Positions 17,373-26,872 of a stretch of 64,000 nucleotides of DNA are shown piece by piece; the first letter of the stretch is position 1, and the number at the start of each line of letters is the position of its first letter. The translations under genes and the position numbers were made by a program. Source of the DNA: Syntrophorhabdaceae bacterium (lineage in GTDB: Bacteria; Desulfobacterota; Syntrophorhabdia; Syntrophorhabdales; Syntrophorhabdaceae); assembly GCA_963665295.1 (NCBI GenBank), contig OY762209.1, positions 2,368,001-2,432,000 of the forward strand, given 5' to 3'. Under the pieces are notes generated by a model that saw nothing but the letters and a program-made list of their open reading frames with translations, did not search any database and was not told where the DNA came from.

Positions 17373-17426
17373 AAGCGGGAGAGTCCGGCCGGCGCCGTTT
17401 GGGCACGGCCTTGGAAGACGGATATC

Positions 17427-18353
17427 ATGGAACGTCGGGCCCTCATGAAGTCCGGGAGGTGGTCTGTGTCGAAAAGCGCTGAAAAGGCAATTGCCAAATT
17501 GCAGTGGATGCGAAAGCACCGGATATGGCCGAAGGGTCTCAGATACCTCTGGACCGACGCCTTCGGTGTTGTCGTCCTGTCATCCCTTTACGTGCACACA
17601 GGTGAAGCCCGCTACCTGGAAGAGGCGGAGTGGGTGGTGAAAGAGGTGTACCGGGTCCTCGGCAGGCGAAGGGGTATAAGGATCGGCGAGGAGCCGGACA
17701 GGGACGGCCAGTACTTTCACTATCTGGTTATGTGGATGTTCGCCCTCTCCGTCCTCGGAAAGATCAAGCCGGAATACCGCGAAATGGCGGTTGACCTTGC
17801 CCGTGAGATCCACCCCGCCTTTGTCATACCGGGAGCAGGCGTCATCTGGAAGATGCGCGAAGACCTGAGCGGCCCCTACGAGGGGTCGGGGTTCGGCGGG
17901 ATGGACCATTTTGACGGGTACGTGGTTTACCGTCTCCTCGACCCCGGCGCCCTGAACCGGGAGATCAAGGATATGGAAGGATTGGTGGAGCGCACGTACC
18001 GGGACCTCTCCATTACCCAGGACCTTGGACTCGGCATGATGGTCTGGATGACCCATTTCTTTCCCGACGAACCGTGGGCAAAGGTGCAGCGGGAACGGTC
18101 GCTCCGGACCCTGGAGAAGATGTGGATCGACCCTCCCGGGTATTTTTGCAGGGAACCCCATTTCAGGCACGTGAAATTTGCCTTCACCAATTACGGGATA
18201 TCAGTGGGCCTTCAATCGATAGGCGCCCAGCCTGAAAAGGTGGAAGGGCTGAACGGGTTTTTTGGGGATTACTACGCAGGTGACGAATACGATACAAACG
18301 CCATTACCCATGTGATGGCGTGCGCCTCATATTTCCCGGAGGGATTCTTCTAG
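17427..18353 (+). CDS. Conserved hypothetical protein, possible (alpha/alpha)-barrel glycosidase-like fold
   Basis: RYLWTDAFGV and DRDGQYFHYL..WMFAL motifs; coding-like codon usage. Confidence 0.7.
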   Translation: MERRALMKSGRWSVSKSAEKAIAKLQWMRKHRIWPKGLRYLWTDAFGVVVLSSLYVHTGEARYLEEAEWVVKEVYRVLGRRRGIRIGEEPDRDGQYFHYLVMWMFALSVLGKIKPEYREMAVDLAREIHPAFVIPGAGVIWKMREDLSGPYEGSGFGGMDHFDGYVVYRLLDPGALNREIKDMEGLVERTYRDLSITQDLGLGMMVWMTHFFPDEPWAKVQRERSLRTLEKMWIDPPGYFCREPHFRHVKFAFTNYGISVGLQSIGAQPEKVEGLNGFFGDYYAGDEYDTNAITHVMACASYFPEGFF

Positions 18354-18450
18354 GCGGACTTATTGCCTTCCTCACTTTTCTTAGCCCCCATGGACAGATA
18401 TTTGAAAAGAAGGGAGAAAAAAAGGTAAGGTATGGAAAAAGGACCGACCC

Positions 18451-19209
18451 TTGGACACCATATACCTGTGCGTCTTTGCCGCCCTTGCCGGTTTTATTGA
18501 TTCCGTGGCAGGGGGCGGTGGCCTGATCCAACTCCCGGCGCTTCTCATATTTCTACCCGGTGCGCCTGTGGCGAACCTTCTCGGTACGAACAAGCTCGCG
18601 TCCATCGCGGGCACCCTGTTCGCCGCGGGCCAGTATTCGAGGCATGTGCGGATAAGCGTGAAGACCACGCTGCCTGCCACCCTTGCGGCGCTCGTATTTT
18701 CGTTCCTCGGGGCCAGGGTGGCGAGTATCATGAACCCGTCGGTAATGCGGGTCATCATTCTGTTCCTTCTTGCGGCGATCGTTATCTATACTTCGGTGAG
18801 GAAGGATTTCGGCGCGAACCACGCCCCCATAGCCCATGATTGCCGCCATTACGTGCTGAGCACGGCAACGGGCACCGTCCTGGGGTTCTATGACGGTTTC
18901 TTCGGCCCGGGCACGGGAAGTTTCCTCATCTTCATCTTCATCGGCATATTCGGGTTCAACTTCCTTTCCGCGTCGGCGTCATCGAAGATCGTGAACCTGG
19001 CGACGAATCTCTCCGCAGTCCTCTATTTTGCCTTCACCGACAACATTATGTACGCGTTGGCCCTGCCTATGGCGGCAAGCAATATCATAGGCTCACTCAT
19101 CGGGACAAGGCTGGCGATCCTCAAAGGGAACCATTTCGTGAGGGCTTTGTTCCTCACGGTGGTATCTGCTATGATACTCAAGCTCGCCTACGACACCCTG
19201 CTCAAGTGA
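18451..19209 (+). CDS. TSUP/YfcA-like membrane transporter
   Basis: AGFIDSVAGGGGLI, LGTNK, GFYDGFFGPGTGSF motifs. Confidence 0.92.
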   Translation: MDTIYLCVFAALAGFIDSVAGGGGLIQLPALLIFLPGAPVANLLGTNKLASIAGTLFAAGQYSRHVRISVKTTLPATLAALVFSFLGARVASIMNPSVMRVIILFLLAAIVIYTSVRKDFGANHAPIAHDCRHYVLSTATGTVLGFYDGFFGPGTGSFLIFIFIGIFGFNFLSASASSKIVNLATNLSAVLYFAFTDNIMYALALPMAASNIIGSLIGTRLAILKGNHFVRALFLTVVSAMILKLAYDTLLK

Positions 19210-19339
19210 AAAGAACATAGGGTGCGGGTTGCTTCCGTAATGCAAGTCCTCAGACACCCCGCTCCAATAAACTCCGTTCTGCAAATGGAGGTTCACCCGG
19301 CCCGTTTCCTTTTAATATCCCCTGTGTTATATATTAAGT

Positions 19340-20548
19340 ATGGATAGACCGAAGATACGTTGGGTGGAAGCCCTCCCTATCGTTCATGAAGGCGCGGAGA
19401 TGATTCTCCTCAGAGACCCGGAGGGCGTTGTCGAACAGTCCCTCGTCGTATCGAGGTCTACCGCGTTTCTCCTCTCACTGATGGACGGGACCAGGACGAT
19501 CGAAGAGGTGCAGGGCGCGTACCTGTCGGGTGCGGGCGTTACGCTGGACCTTGCCCAAATCAGGGAAATCGTGGAGGCCATGGACACGAACCTGTTCCTC
19601 ATGAACGACAACTTCACCCGGCATTACAAAGAGTTGAGGGATGCCTACGAGAGCAGGCAGGTAAGAGAGTCCTTTCTCGCGGGAAAGAGCTATCCGCACC
19701 AAAGGCAGGAGCTTCTCGCGTTTCTCGACGAGATGCTTACCGTGGGGGACGGCGCCGCGCCCGAACGGGAGATCACGGGGATACTGGCCCCCCACATCGA
19801 CTACGGACGGGGCAAGGACGTGTACAGGGCCGTGTATCGGTACCTGAAAAGGGTGGAGACGCCCCTCCTCGTCATTTTCGGAACATCGCATACCTATTCG
19901 AACGGGCTCATGGACATTTCTTTGAAGGATTTTGCCACTCCCCTCGGCGTGGTCCCGGGTTGCGCCGGTCTGTGCGAATTGATCAGGGCAAATAAGACAC
20001 TGAATAAATATATCAATGAATGGCCCCACAGGAGCGAACATTCCATAGAGTTGCAGCTGCCCATTATCCAGTTCATGACCGCGGGCCGCAGGATCGAGAT
20101 CCTGCCTATTCTCACGGGCTCCATGCACCCCTGCATCACGGGTAATATGAGTCTTGAGGGGGAAGAAATCAGGGCGCCCCTTGAAGGGCTCCGGGAGACC
20201 CTCGCCGCGTATGGCAAACCCTATCTCGTTATTGCAGGGGCGGACCTTGCCCACATAGGCGCCCAATTCGGCGATTCCTACGCCCTTGACAGAGACGTCC
20301 TTGCCCGGTCGAGGGAAAAGGACGAAGCAGTGCTCGGGCATGTGAAGCGCGTTGACCCGGCCGGTTTTTTCGAAGAGATCAAGAGGGAAGGAGACAGCCG
20401 GAGGATATGCGGCCTTACTTCCATCTATCTGCAGTTGAGTCTGCTCAAGGGAAGCGCATGCGACATAGTCGATTACGGTCAGTGGACCGACGGACGGTCG
20501 TCGGTGAGTTTCGCGGGAGGCGTCTTCTATACCTCTCCCCGGCCATGA
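19340..20548 (+). CDS. amrB: AmmeMemoRadiSam system protein B (MEMO1 family) with N-terminal extension
   Basis: AGKSYP, APHIDY, GTSH, EHSIELQLP, ADLAHIG, ICG, VSFAG motifs. Confidence 0.85.
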   Translation: MDRPKIRWVEALPIVHEGAEMILLRDPEGVVEQSLVVSRSTAFLLSLMDGTRTIEEVQGAYLSGAGVTLDLAQIREIVEAMDTNLFLMNDNFTRHYKELRDAYESRQVRESFLAGKSYPHQRQELLAFLDEMLTVGDGAAPEREITGILAPHIDYGRGKDVYRAVYRYLKRVETPLLVIFGTSHTYSNGLMDISLKDFATPLGVVPGCAGLCELIRANKTLNKYINEWPHRSEHSIELQLPIIQFMTAGRRIEILPILTGSMHPCITGNMSLEGEEIRAPLEGLRETLAAYGKPYLVIAGADLAHIGAQFGDSYALDRDVLARSREKDEAVLGHVKRVDPAGFFEEIKREGDSRRICGLTSIYLQLSLLKGSACDIVDYGQWTDGRSSVSFAGGVFYTSPRP

Positions 20549-20605
20549 CGGCCGCCACGCACCAGGCCTTTCCGCTACGGGCATAAGATCAAGAAGGAGG
20601 CAAAT

Positions 20606-21256
20606 ATGAAGGGTTATCTTGAACGTGTTCTCTCGCTCATGGGCCTTGCGGCGGCGTTTTGTTTCATTGCCGCCACAAATCTCCTCGCAGGAAACATCGT
20701 GGACGAATGGGCCACGGTACGCCCGCCACCCGCGCCTGAGTTGAAAGCGGTGACTGTCGATCCCGCCGTCACGGCGCTCCTCCTCCTCGATTTCAACACA
20801 CAGACGTGCAACGCCGAGTTGCGTCCCCGCTGCATCGCCTCCATTCCCGGGGTCGCGGCGTTGCTCAAAGAAGCGCGGGCAAAAAAGGTCCGTGTGATCT
20901 ATAGTCTCTCTCCGGGGGCCGCCACCGGGGACATTGCGAAGGAGCTTACGCCTATTGCGGGAGAGGCGGTGGTTGCCTCGGGACCCGACAAGTTTCTTGG
21001 AACGGACCTTGAGAAGATACTTGCGGAGATGGGCATAAAGACCGTTATTGCCACGGGGACCGCGGCCCACGGGGCAGTCCTTTATACAGCGAGCGGCGCC
21101 GCGCTGAGAGGGTTTCAGGTGATTGTACCCTTGGACGCCATATCTGCGGAAAGCACCTATCCGGAGCAATACGTGGCATGGCACCTCGTGAACGCACCGA
21201 GAGTTTCCGCCCGGACCACCCTCACGAGGACCGGCCTCATAAAATTCGGGAGATAA
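20606..21256 (+). CDS. Exported isochorismatase/cysteine-hydrolase-fold protein lacking the catalytic Cys
   Basis: Signal peptide; TALLLLD, DKF, GTAAHGAVLYTA. Confidence 0.85.
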   Translation: MKGYLERVLSLMGLAAAFCFIAATNLLAGNIVDEWATVRPPPAPELKAVTVDPAVTALLLLDFNTQTCNAELRPRCIASIPGVAALLKEARAKKVRVIYSLSPGAATGDIAKELTPIAGEAVVASGPDKFLGTDLEKILAEMGIKTVIATGTAAHGAVLYTASGAALRGFQVIVPLDAISAESTYPEQYVAWHLVNAPRVSARTTLTRTGLIKFGR

Positions 21257-21281
21257 GGCGTTGCGGTAATACCGGAAAGGA

Positions 21282-21845
21282 GTGGAACAAGTGAAAACAG
21301 GATTGATCCTTATCGACATACAGAAGGACTATTTTCCCGGTGGGAAGATGGAAGTGGAAGGGGCCGTGGCCGCGGGGTCGGCGGCAGCGCGTCTGCTCGC
21401 GGTGTTCCGCGAGAGGGGAATGCCCGTCATCCATGTCAGACACATATCGGAACGGCCCGGGGCCACATTTTTTCTGCCCGGCACGGAGGGCACGGATTTT
21501 CACCGGAGCGTCGCGCCCCTGCCTCATGAAGAGGTGGTGGAAAAGCACTATCCGAACAGCTTCAGGGAAACGGGATTGAAGGCGTACCTTGACAGGCACG
21601 GGATCGGGCAACTCGTCGTGTGTGGCATGATGTCCCACATGTGCATCGATGCCACGGTGAGGGCCGCCTTTGACCTGGGGTACTCCCTCACGGTTGCCCA
21701 TGACGGGTGCGCGGCGAGGTCTCTTGGTTTCGGGGGCATCGATGTTGCCGCTGAAAGCGTGCACGCCGCCTTCATGGCCGCCCTGGGGGCCGTGTATAGC
21801 CGGATAACGAGTGTCGAAGAGGTCGTCTCCTCCCTCAAAACGTGA
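21282..21845 (+). CDS. Isochorismatase/cysteine hydrolase family protein
   Basis: LIDIQKDYF, EKHYPNSF, GMMSHMCIDATVR (Asp-Lys-Cys triad). Confidence 0.92.
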   Translation: MEQVKTGLILIDIQKDYFPGGKMEVEGAVAAGSAAARLLAVFRERGMPVIHVRHISERPGATFFLPGTEGTDFHRSVAPLPHEEVVEKHYPNSFRETGLKAYLDRHGIGQLVVCGMMSHMCIDATVRAAFDLGYSLTVAHDGCAARSLGFGGIDVAAESVHAAFMAALGAVYSRITSVEEVVSSLKT

Positions 21846-21899
21846 GGCCTTGTCCGAAGGCGGGGGTATGAGGAATATGACTTCTTCGGGAGAGATATT

Positions 21900-23000
21900 C
21901 TACTTATACTCTTCGAAGGGTTTTTTCAGAACGATCTCGTGCCCGTGATGGCCGTCAAAGAAATCCTCGCCTTTGAATCCGTAGAGCGCCGGGTCGAAAG
22001 AGCCGACCACGGTGACCCCGTATTTGGCGGCCAGGTCCCGGATATATGTCTCCACCTTCAGCGTAATCTCATATCGGGGGTTCGTGAGACAGGACCGGTA
22101 GGCGAAAGGGTGAAGGGCGGGAAGGAAAAAGACAACCCGTACCCCTCGTTTCTGGAGATAGACGACCAGGCCCTCCAACAGACCGGTGTTGGACAGGGAG
22201 TCGAAATCGTTGAAATATACATCGGGCATTGCGCTTGCGGGGCCGTCCTTCGTCATCTTCGCGTATCGCTGATGAAAAGGAAAATGGAGGCTCCCGTCCG
22301 GTTCCCTTACGAAGTCGTTCACGTTCACCGTGTCGGTTACGCGGAGTTTCTTCCCTGACCGGAGAAGCTCCCAATTCTGCACCGTATAATCGAGGTTTAT
22401 GAGCTGTGTGAAGCGGGAAAATCTATCGGTCTTCGCCGCATCGCCTGCTTCGCTCTTTCCCGCGGCCTCTCTTCCAGGTCCCGCGTTCTTTATCTCCGCC
22501 AGCATCTCCTTCTGCCCGCTTTCGAGGGCCCGCCACGGGCTCTTGAGGCCGTTGTTCCGGTTGAACATCCACGGGTCGATTCCCAGTATCACGGTCTTCG
22601 GGAAAACACCTTTTCCACGATAGAGATCGATGACGGCGATGAAGTCCTCCATGCCTCCTCCGCCCAGGGAGTGGTTGAAGAAGTCGGGGTTCCCGTTGAT
22701 GAACCTCTTTCTGAAGGCCATGGTCCTGGATGACCCGAGGATGATCGCATCCCTCTGTTTGGGGTACTGCTCCACCACGAGCCGCTGCAATTCCCACTCG
22801 CCGGACCTTTGAAAATGTCCGGCCACCATCTTCCCTTCCAGCAGATTTTGGGCCGCGTACTTGAGACCCTTGCTGAGGTGGAAAATGCCTACCCCGTCGA
22901 TAAGGACGTTAAAGAGGGCGACCAGGATCAAAAGACCCAGGAAGATGGCGAGAAAACCCTTTAACCAGCGTGTGTAGGAAGCCCGTTTCTTTCGCGCCAT
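21900..23000 (-). CDS. Membrane-anchored SGNH-like (DltD/AlgJ/PatB-like) acyltransferase partner
   Basis: N-terminal TM; IILGSSR, NHSLGG, FFDGHH (DxxH); 1 nt downstream of the MBOAT gene. Confidence 0.7.
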   Translation of the reverse strand: MARKKRASYTRWLKGFLAIFLGLLILVALFNVLIDGVGIFHLSKGLKYAAQNLLEGKMVAGHFQRSGEWELQRLVVEQYPKQRDAIILGSSRTMAFRKRFINGNPDFFNHSLGGGGMEDFIAVIDLYRGKGVFPKTVILGIDPWMFNRNNGLKSPWRALESGQKEMLAEIKNAGPGREAAGKSEAGDAAKTDRFSRFTQLINLDYTVQNWELLRSGKKLRVTDTVNVNDFVREPDGSLHFPFHQRYAKMTKDGPASAMPDVYFNDFDSLSNTGLLEGLVVYLQKRGVRVVFFLPALHPFAYRSCLTNPRYEITLKVETYIRDLAAKYGVTVVGSFDPALYGFKGEDFFDGHHGHEIVLKKPFEEYK

Positions 23001-23001
23001 G

Positions 23002-24465
23002 TCAGAACCTGAAGTAGAGAAACTCGGAATATGTGCCCAGGAACAGGATGGAAACCACTGCGGCGAGGGAGAAGGCGACCAGTTGGATCGCGTTGGGCTC
23101 AAAGCTCCTTGCTATTGCATCGGAATTCCTGAAAAGGAACGAGAGGGGAAGAAAGATAAGGAGCACGGGGACTATGACCTGTCCCCTGCCTATGCCCTCG
23201 AAGAGATCGTCCAACGCGGGCAGGAAGTCCGGGAGGGTGATCAGCCGGGTCTTGAGGCCCTCCGGCACGGCGGCCCCTCCAAAGCCCGCCATCGCCTTGA
23301 GCACCCTTCCCGCGTCCACAAAGTTCGTGGACCTGAAAAGGACAAAGGCTGCGTTGACAAAGTTGAAGGTGATGAGCCATGCGAGCCACCTCGGCATGGT
23401 GATATCCAGTTTTTGCCAAAGGCGATGGATTACGAGAGCCGCGCCATGGATGCACCCCCAGATGATGAAGGTCCAGCCCGCTCCGTGCCAGAACCCCACA
23501 ATGAAGAAGGTTATCATGATGTTGAGGAGCGCCCGCGCCTCGGTCACCCGATTTCCGCCAAGGAGGATGTAGACATAATCCCGGATGAACCTGCCGAGGG
23601 TGATATGCCATCTCCTCCAGAATTCCTGAATACTGAGCGACCTGTATGGGCTGTTGAAGTTTATGGGAAGCCTTATGTTGAACATCAGGGAGGAGCCGAG
23701 GGCCATGTCGGTGTAGCCTGAAAAGTCGTAGTAGAGCTGCATGGAGTACGCGAGGGACGTTACCCACGCAGTGACCATGGTGAGGTCGGCTGTATTGCTA
23801 TACCCGTTGTTCGCCCAGGTCGCGAAGCTGTCGGCGATGACCACCTTCTTGAACAGGCCGATAAAGAAGAGGCAGACCCCTTCCGCGAGGTTCCTGGAGT
23901 CGGCGACCTTGTTCTTCAGCCGGTCAAACTGGGGCATCATCTCGGAATGGTGGATAATCGGCCCCGCGAGGAGGTGGGGAAAGAAGGTGACGAAAAGGGA
24001 GTAATTCGTGGCGTTGTATTCATGGGCCTTGCCCCGTGCGGTATCGACGAGGTAGGCGATCTGGGTGAAGGTGAAGAAGCTTATGCCCAGGGGAAGGGCC
24101 ACATGGGTTAACGGTATCGAAAGGCGGCCTATGACATTAATGTTCGAAATGAAGAAATCCGTATACTTGAAATAGCCGAGGAGCGCCACGTTGCCCGCAA
24201 TGCCCGCCCAGAGAAGGTATTTCGGGTTGAAGATGCCCCCTTTCCCCTGCTGCCGCGCAACGAGCCTTCCCATGAGGTAGTTGAATGCGATGCTCCCCGC
24301 GATGAGCGGCGTATATATGGGGTTCCACCAGCCGTAGAAAACGAGGGAAGCGACGGCAAGCCATGCCTTGGAAGCGAAGGTGAGCTTCTTCCGGTTGAAA
24401 ATGAAATAGACCGCAAGGACCAGGGGGAGGAAGAAGAATATGTAGGCATAGGAATTAAAAAGCAT
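23002..24465 (-). CDS. MBOAT family O-acyltransferase (AlgI/PatA/DltB-like)
   Basis: MLFNS, LPLGISFFTF, FPHLLAGPI, DFSGYTDMA, EFWRRWHITL, GFWHGAGW. Confidence 0.95.
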   Translation of the reverse strand: MLFNSYAYIFFFLPLVLAVYFIFNRKKLTFASKAWLAVASLVFYGWWNPIYTPLIAGSIAFNYLMGRLVARQQGKGGIFNPKYLLWAGIAGNVALLGYFKYTDFFISNINVIGRLSIPLTHVALPLGISFFTFTQIAYLVDTARGKAHEYNATNYSLFVTFFPHLLAGPIIHHSEMMPQFDRLKNKVADSRNLAEGVCLFFIGLFKKVVIADSFATWANNGYSNTADLTMVTAWVTSLAYSMQLYYDFSGYTDMALGSSLMFNIRLPINFNSPYRSLSIQEFWRRWHITLGRFIRDYVYILLGGNRVTEARALLNIMITFFIVGFWHGAGWTFIIWGCIHGAALVIHRLWQKLDITMPRWLAWLITFNFVNAAFVLFRSTNFVDAGRVLKAMAGFGGAAVPEGLKTRLITLPDFLPALDDLFEGIGRGQVIVPVLLIFLPLSFLFRNSDAIARSFEPNAIQLVAFSLAAVVSILFLGTYSEFLYFRF

Positions 24466-24602
24466 AAGAGCGGTCCGTCACACAGGTGATGCTGAGTGGC
24501 CAGCGGTTTATTCTACTAAAAATCGGACCATGGTGTAAAGGCCTATGCAAACCGTGACCGGATGCAGGGGGGTGCCTGTGGCGGCAGTAGTCTGTGAGAG
24601 CT

Positions 24603-26585
24603 TTATTTGCTTTTGAGTCCCAGCATCTCCTCGTCCTGCTTGAGACAGGCCCTGTAGAACTCCCGAAATTCAGCATAATCTTTGACGGGTATCCGCTTTG
24701 CGGTAATCTGCACGTCTCTTCGGACGTGGAGCAAGCCGGGGGACTGTCTTATTTCGTAGGAGTAGCTTCCGAACTTGTCGCTTTTGACAGAGAAGGGTTT
24801 GGGAATGAATTCGACGGTCACCGAATCGGGTATCCTGACCGTGACGTCGGCGGTAAGCCTCTTCGGGGCGTCGATCTCAAGTTCGGTTGTTCTCGTCTGA
24901 AGTGAAATTGCGTCACTTTGGTTCAGTCTGTCGGCATCGAAAAGGGGGTTGAAGACGTACCAGTTTCCCATACGTTTTGTAAAATCCTTGATGGCATAAG
25001 TAATTTCATCCTTGAGGACCCCTTCGCTGTTCACCGGGTCGAAGCGCAGCGACTGTATCTCTACCTCTTTATATTTGTCGGACATACTCTGCTTTATTAC
25101 CCGGATAAGCTCTTCCCTGGGTATTTTGGGAGCAAGGTGAAACCACTCATTCGGACTGATTGTATCGCTTTTGTTCGTGATGACCGCCGCCTGGGCGTCC
25201 TGCAGTTTGATCTCGATGTTTTCGTTTACCCAGTTCTTGTCGGGGGCCTGTGGCGGGACCAGGAAGGGCTCTTCTTCCTTGTCCCCCAATATGAGGGCAT
25301 AGCGTAACTGATCATGCCGGGGAAGCAGGCCGTAAGGGGCGGAAGAACTCGTGGGGTCGAGAAAGGCGTAACTCCCGTCCTGACCTTTCACCGCCACGAT
25401 GGCGTGGTCGAAGCTCAGGGGGTAAGGGACATCCCTGTCGAGGAGGCGCGTCGTTCTTATGAGGGCTACAGTGCTGTCGATCCCGATGGACCGGAGCAGG
25501 GCAACGGTGAGTACCGATTTGTCCTTACAGTCGCCATATCCGTTCTTCATGGTCTCATCCGCCGAACGGGGGATGAAAGCCCCTTCGTTCAGGGAGATCG
25601 CGACATATCGGAAGGCCTTCACGTAATCGTACACCGCCTTGATCTTTCCTTCCCTGTCCGGCAGATTCGCAGTCAATCCCCTGGCTTTGTCCACTACGTC
25701 CTGCCCCGCGACCATTTTGGGCTCATAGATGCCGGTGCATAGCCGGGACACGTCGGCCCATGTCGCGGAACGAAAGAAGTGAATCGTGCTGTCGAATTCA
25801 CTCGCAGGGATGCTCTGCGCTTCCGCAAGGCGGGGTTTGATGCCCGTGATTCTGTAAATATAGTAATTGTCTCCCCCCAACTTTATCTCCTTCACGGTCA
25901 TGGCCGGCAGCGGCGGGTTCAATCGCTCTTTCCTGGTAATGTTCATTCCTTTCGCAAACCTGAGGATGGTCAGCTTTTCCTTTGTCGGCACGGAGTTGTC
26001 GAGATCGACTGCCGCTATGGCATATCCCTTATCGACAGTGGGCCGGTAGGTCCTTCTTGCAATCAGCCTCACCACAGACCCTTCCTCCAGTCCCTGTACG
26101 GTGAGGGTTTTCACCTTGAGGTCGGAGTATACGAGGCCCGTAAAGGGTTCCCTGATCCTGGTGGTGGTCACATCCGTGTCTATCCGCTTTCCGTTCTTGA
26201 GGTAGACGACGACGTTGAGGAAATCGAGGGTTTCCTTTTCACTGTTGAACCGGGCGGCCTGCTCCCCTATCCGTTGTTTCGCCTCGGGAGTGTCCACGCG
26301 GATCGCGTAATCATAATAAGAGACGTAGTCCCCGTCCTTGTTCAACGAGGTGAAGCTGTGCTGATAGACGGAAACCGCCGGGTATGAGACGCCGGGTACG
26401 TACTTTTCGTCCAGGCTTTCTTCGATGAGCTGTTCCTTATGGGTCTCCGACACAAGGGGGTGGAGTTCTCCGAGGACCTCTTTTGAAGGCCACGGCACCG
26501 GGGGAGTCTGAGCCGCATACGAATATGTCGACAGAAGAAATATAATGAACAATCCGTATACGCTTAAGGTGTGTCTGATCTTCAT
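24603..26585 (-). CDS. DUF3857/transglutaminase-domain exported protein
   Basis: Signal peptide; GYGDCKDKSVL, FDHAIV, FLDPT catalytic Cys-His-Asp motifs. Confidence 0.88.
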   Translation of the reverse strand: MKIRHTLSVYGLFIIFLLSTYSYAAQTPPVPWPSKEVLGELHPLVSETHKEQLIEESLDEKYVPGVSYPAVSVYQHSFTSLNKDGDYVSYYDYAIRVDTPEAKQRIGEQAARFNSEKETLDFLNVVVYLKNGKRIDTDVTTTRIREPFTGLVYSDLKVKTLTVQGLEEGSVVRLIARRTYRPTVDKGYAIAAVDLDNSVPTKEKLTILRFAKGMNITRKERLNPPLPAMTVKEIKLGGDNYYIYRITGIKPRLAEAQSIPASEFDSTIHFFRSATWADVSRLCTGIYEPKMVAGQDVVDKARGLTANLPDREGKIKAVYDYVKAFRYVAISLNEGAFIPRSADETMKNGYGDCKDKSVLTVALLRSIGIDSTVALIRTTRLLDRDVPYPLSFDHAIVAVKGQDGSYAFLDPTSSSAPYGLLPRHDQLRYALILGDKEEEPFLVPPQAPDKNWVNENIEIKLQDAQAAVITNKSDTISPNEWFHLAPKIPREELIRVIKQSMSDKYKEVEIQSLRFDPVNSEGVLKDEITYAIKDFTKRMGNWYVFNPLFDADRLNQSDAISLQTRTTELEIDAPKRLTADVTVRIPDSVTVEFIPKPFSVKSDKFGSYSYEIRQSPGLLHVRRDVQITAKRIPVKDYAEFREFYRACLKQDEEMLGLKSK

Positions 26586-26799
26586 GGTGCAACCTCCGTT
26601 CCGGGCGTGGGTACGCTATGGATTATTAACTTAGAATAGGGACGTTGGCAAGATAAATCAGATGGATTCGGAACAGGGAAGAGGGGCGCGGGACGGGCCC
26701 TTCGACCTCGATTTGCCGCCTCCTGTGGAAAGGCGCCTTCCGGGTCCGCGGATGGACCGCCGGCTTTCCTGCGGTATAATTGACACCGTGCCGCGGAAA

Positions 26800-26828
26800 T
26801 TGACAATAAAATCGATTGCGTGTACTAT
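26800..26828 (+). promoter_or_regulatory. sigma70 promoter for the acyltransferase gene
   Basis: TTGACA-N17-TACTAT. Confidence 0.6.
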
Positions 26829-26872
26829 TTGATCGCGCCAAAACGAATGGAGTTGCCGGTGAAACTGTAAAC

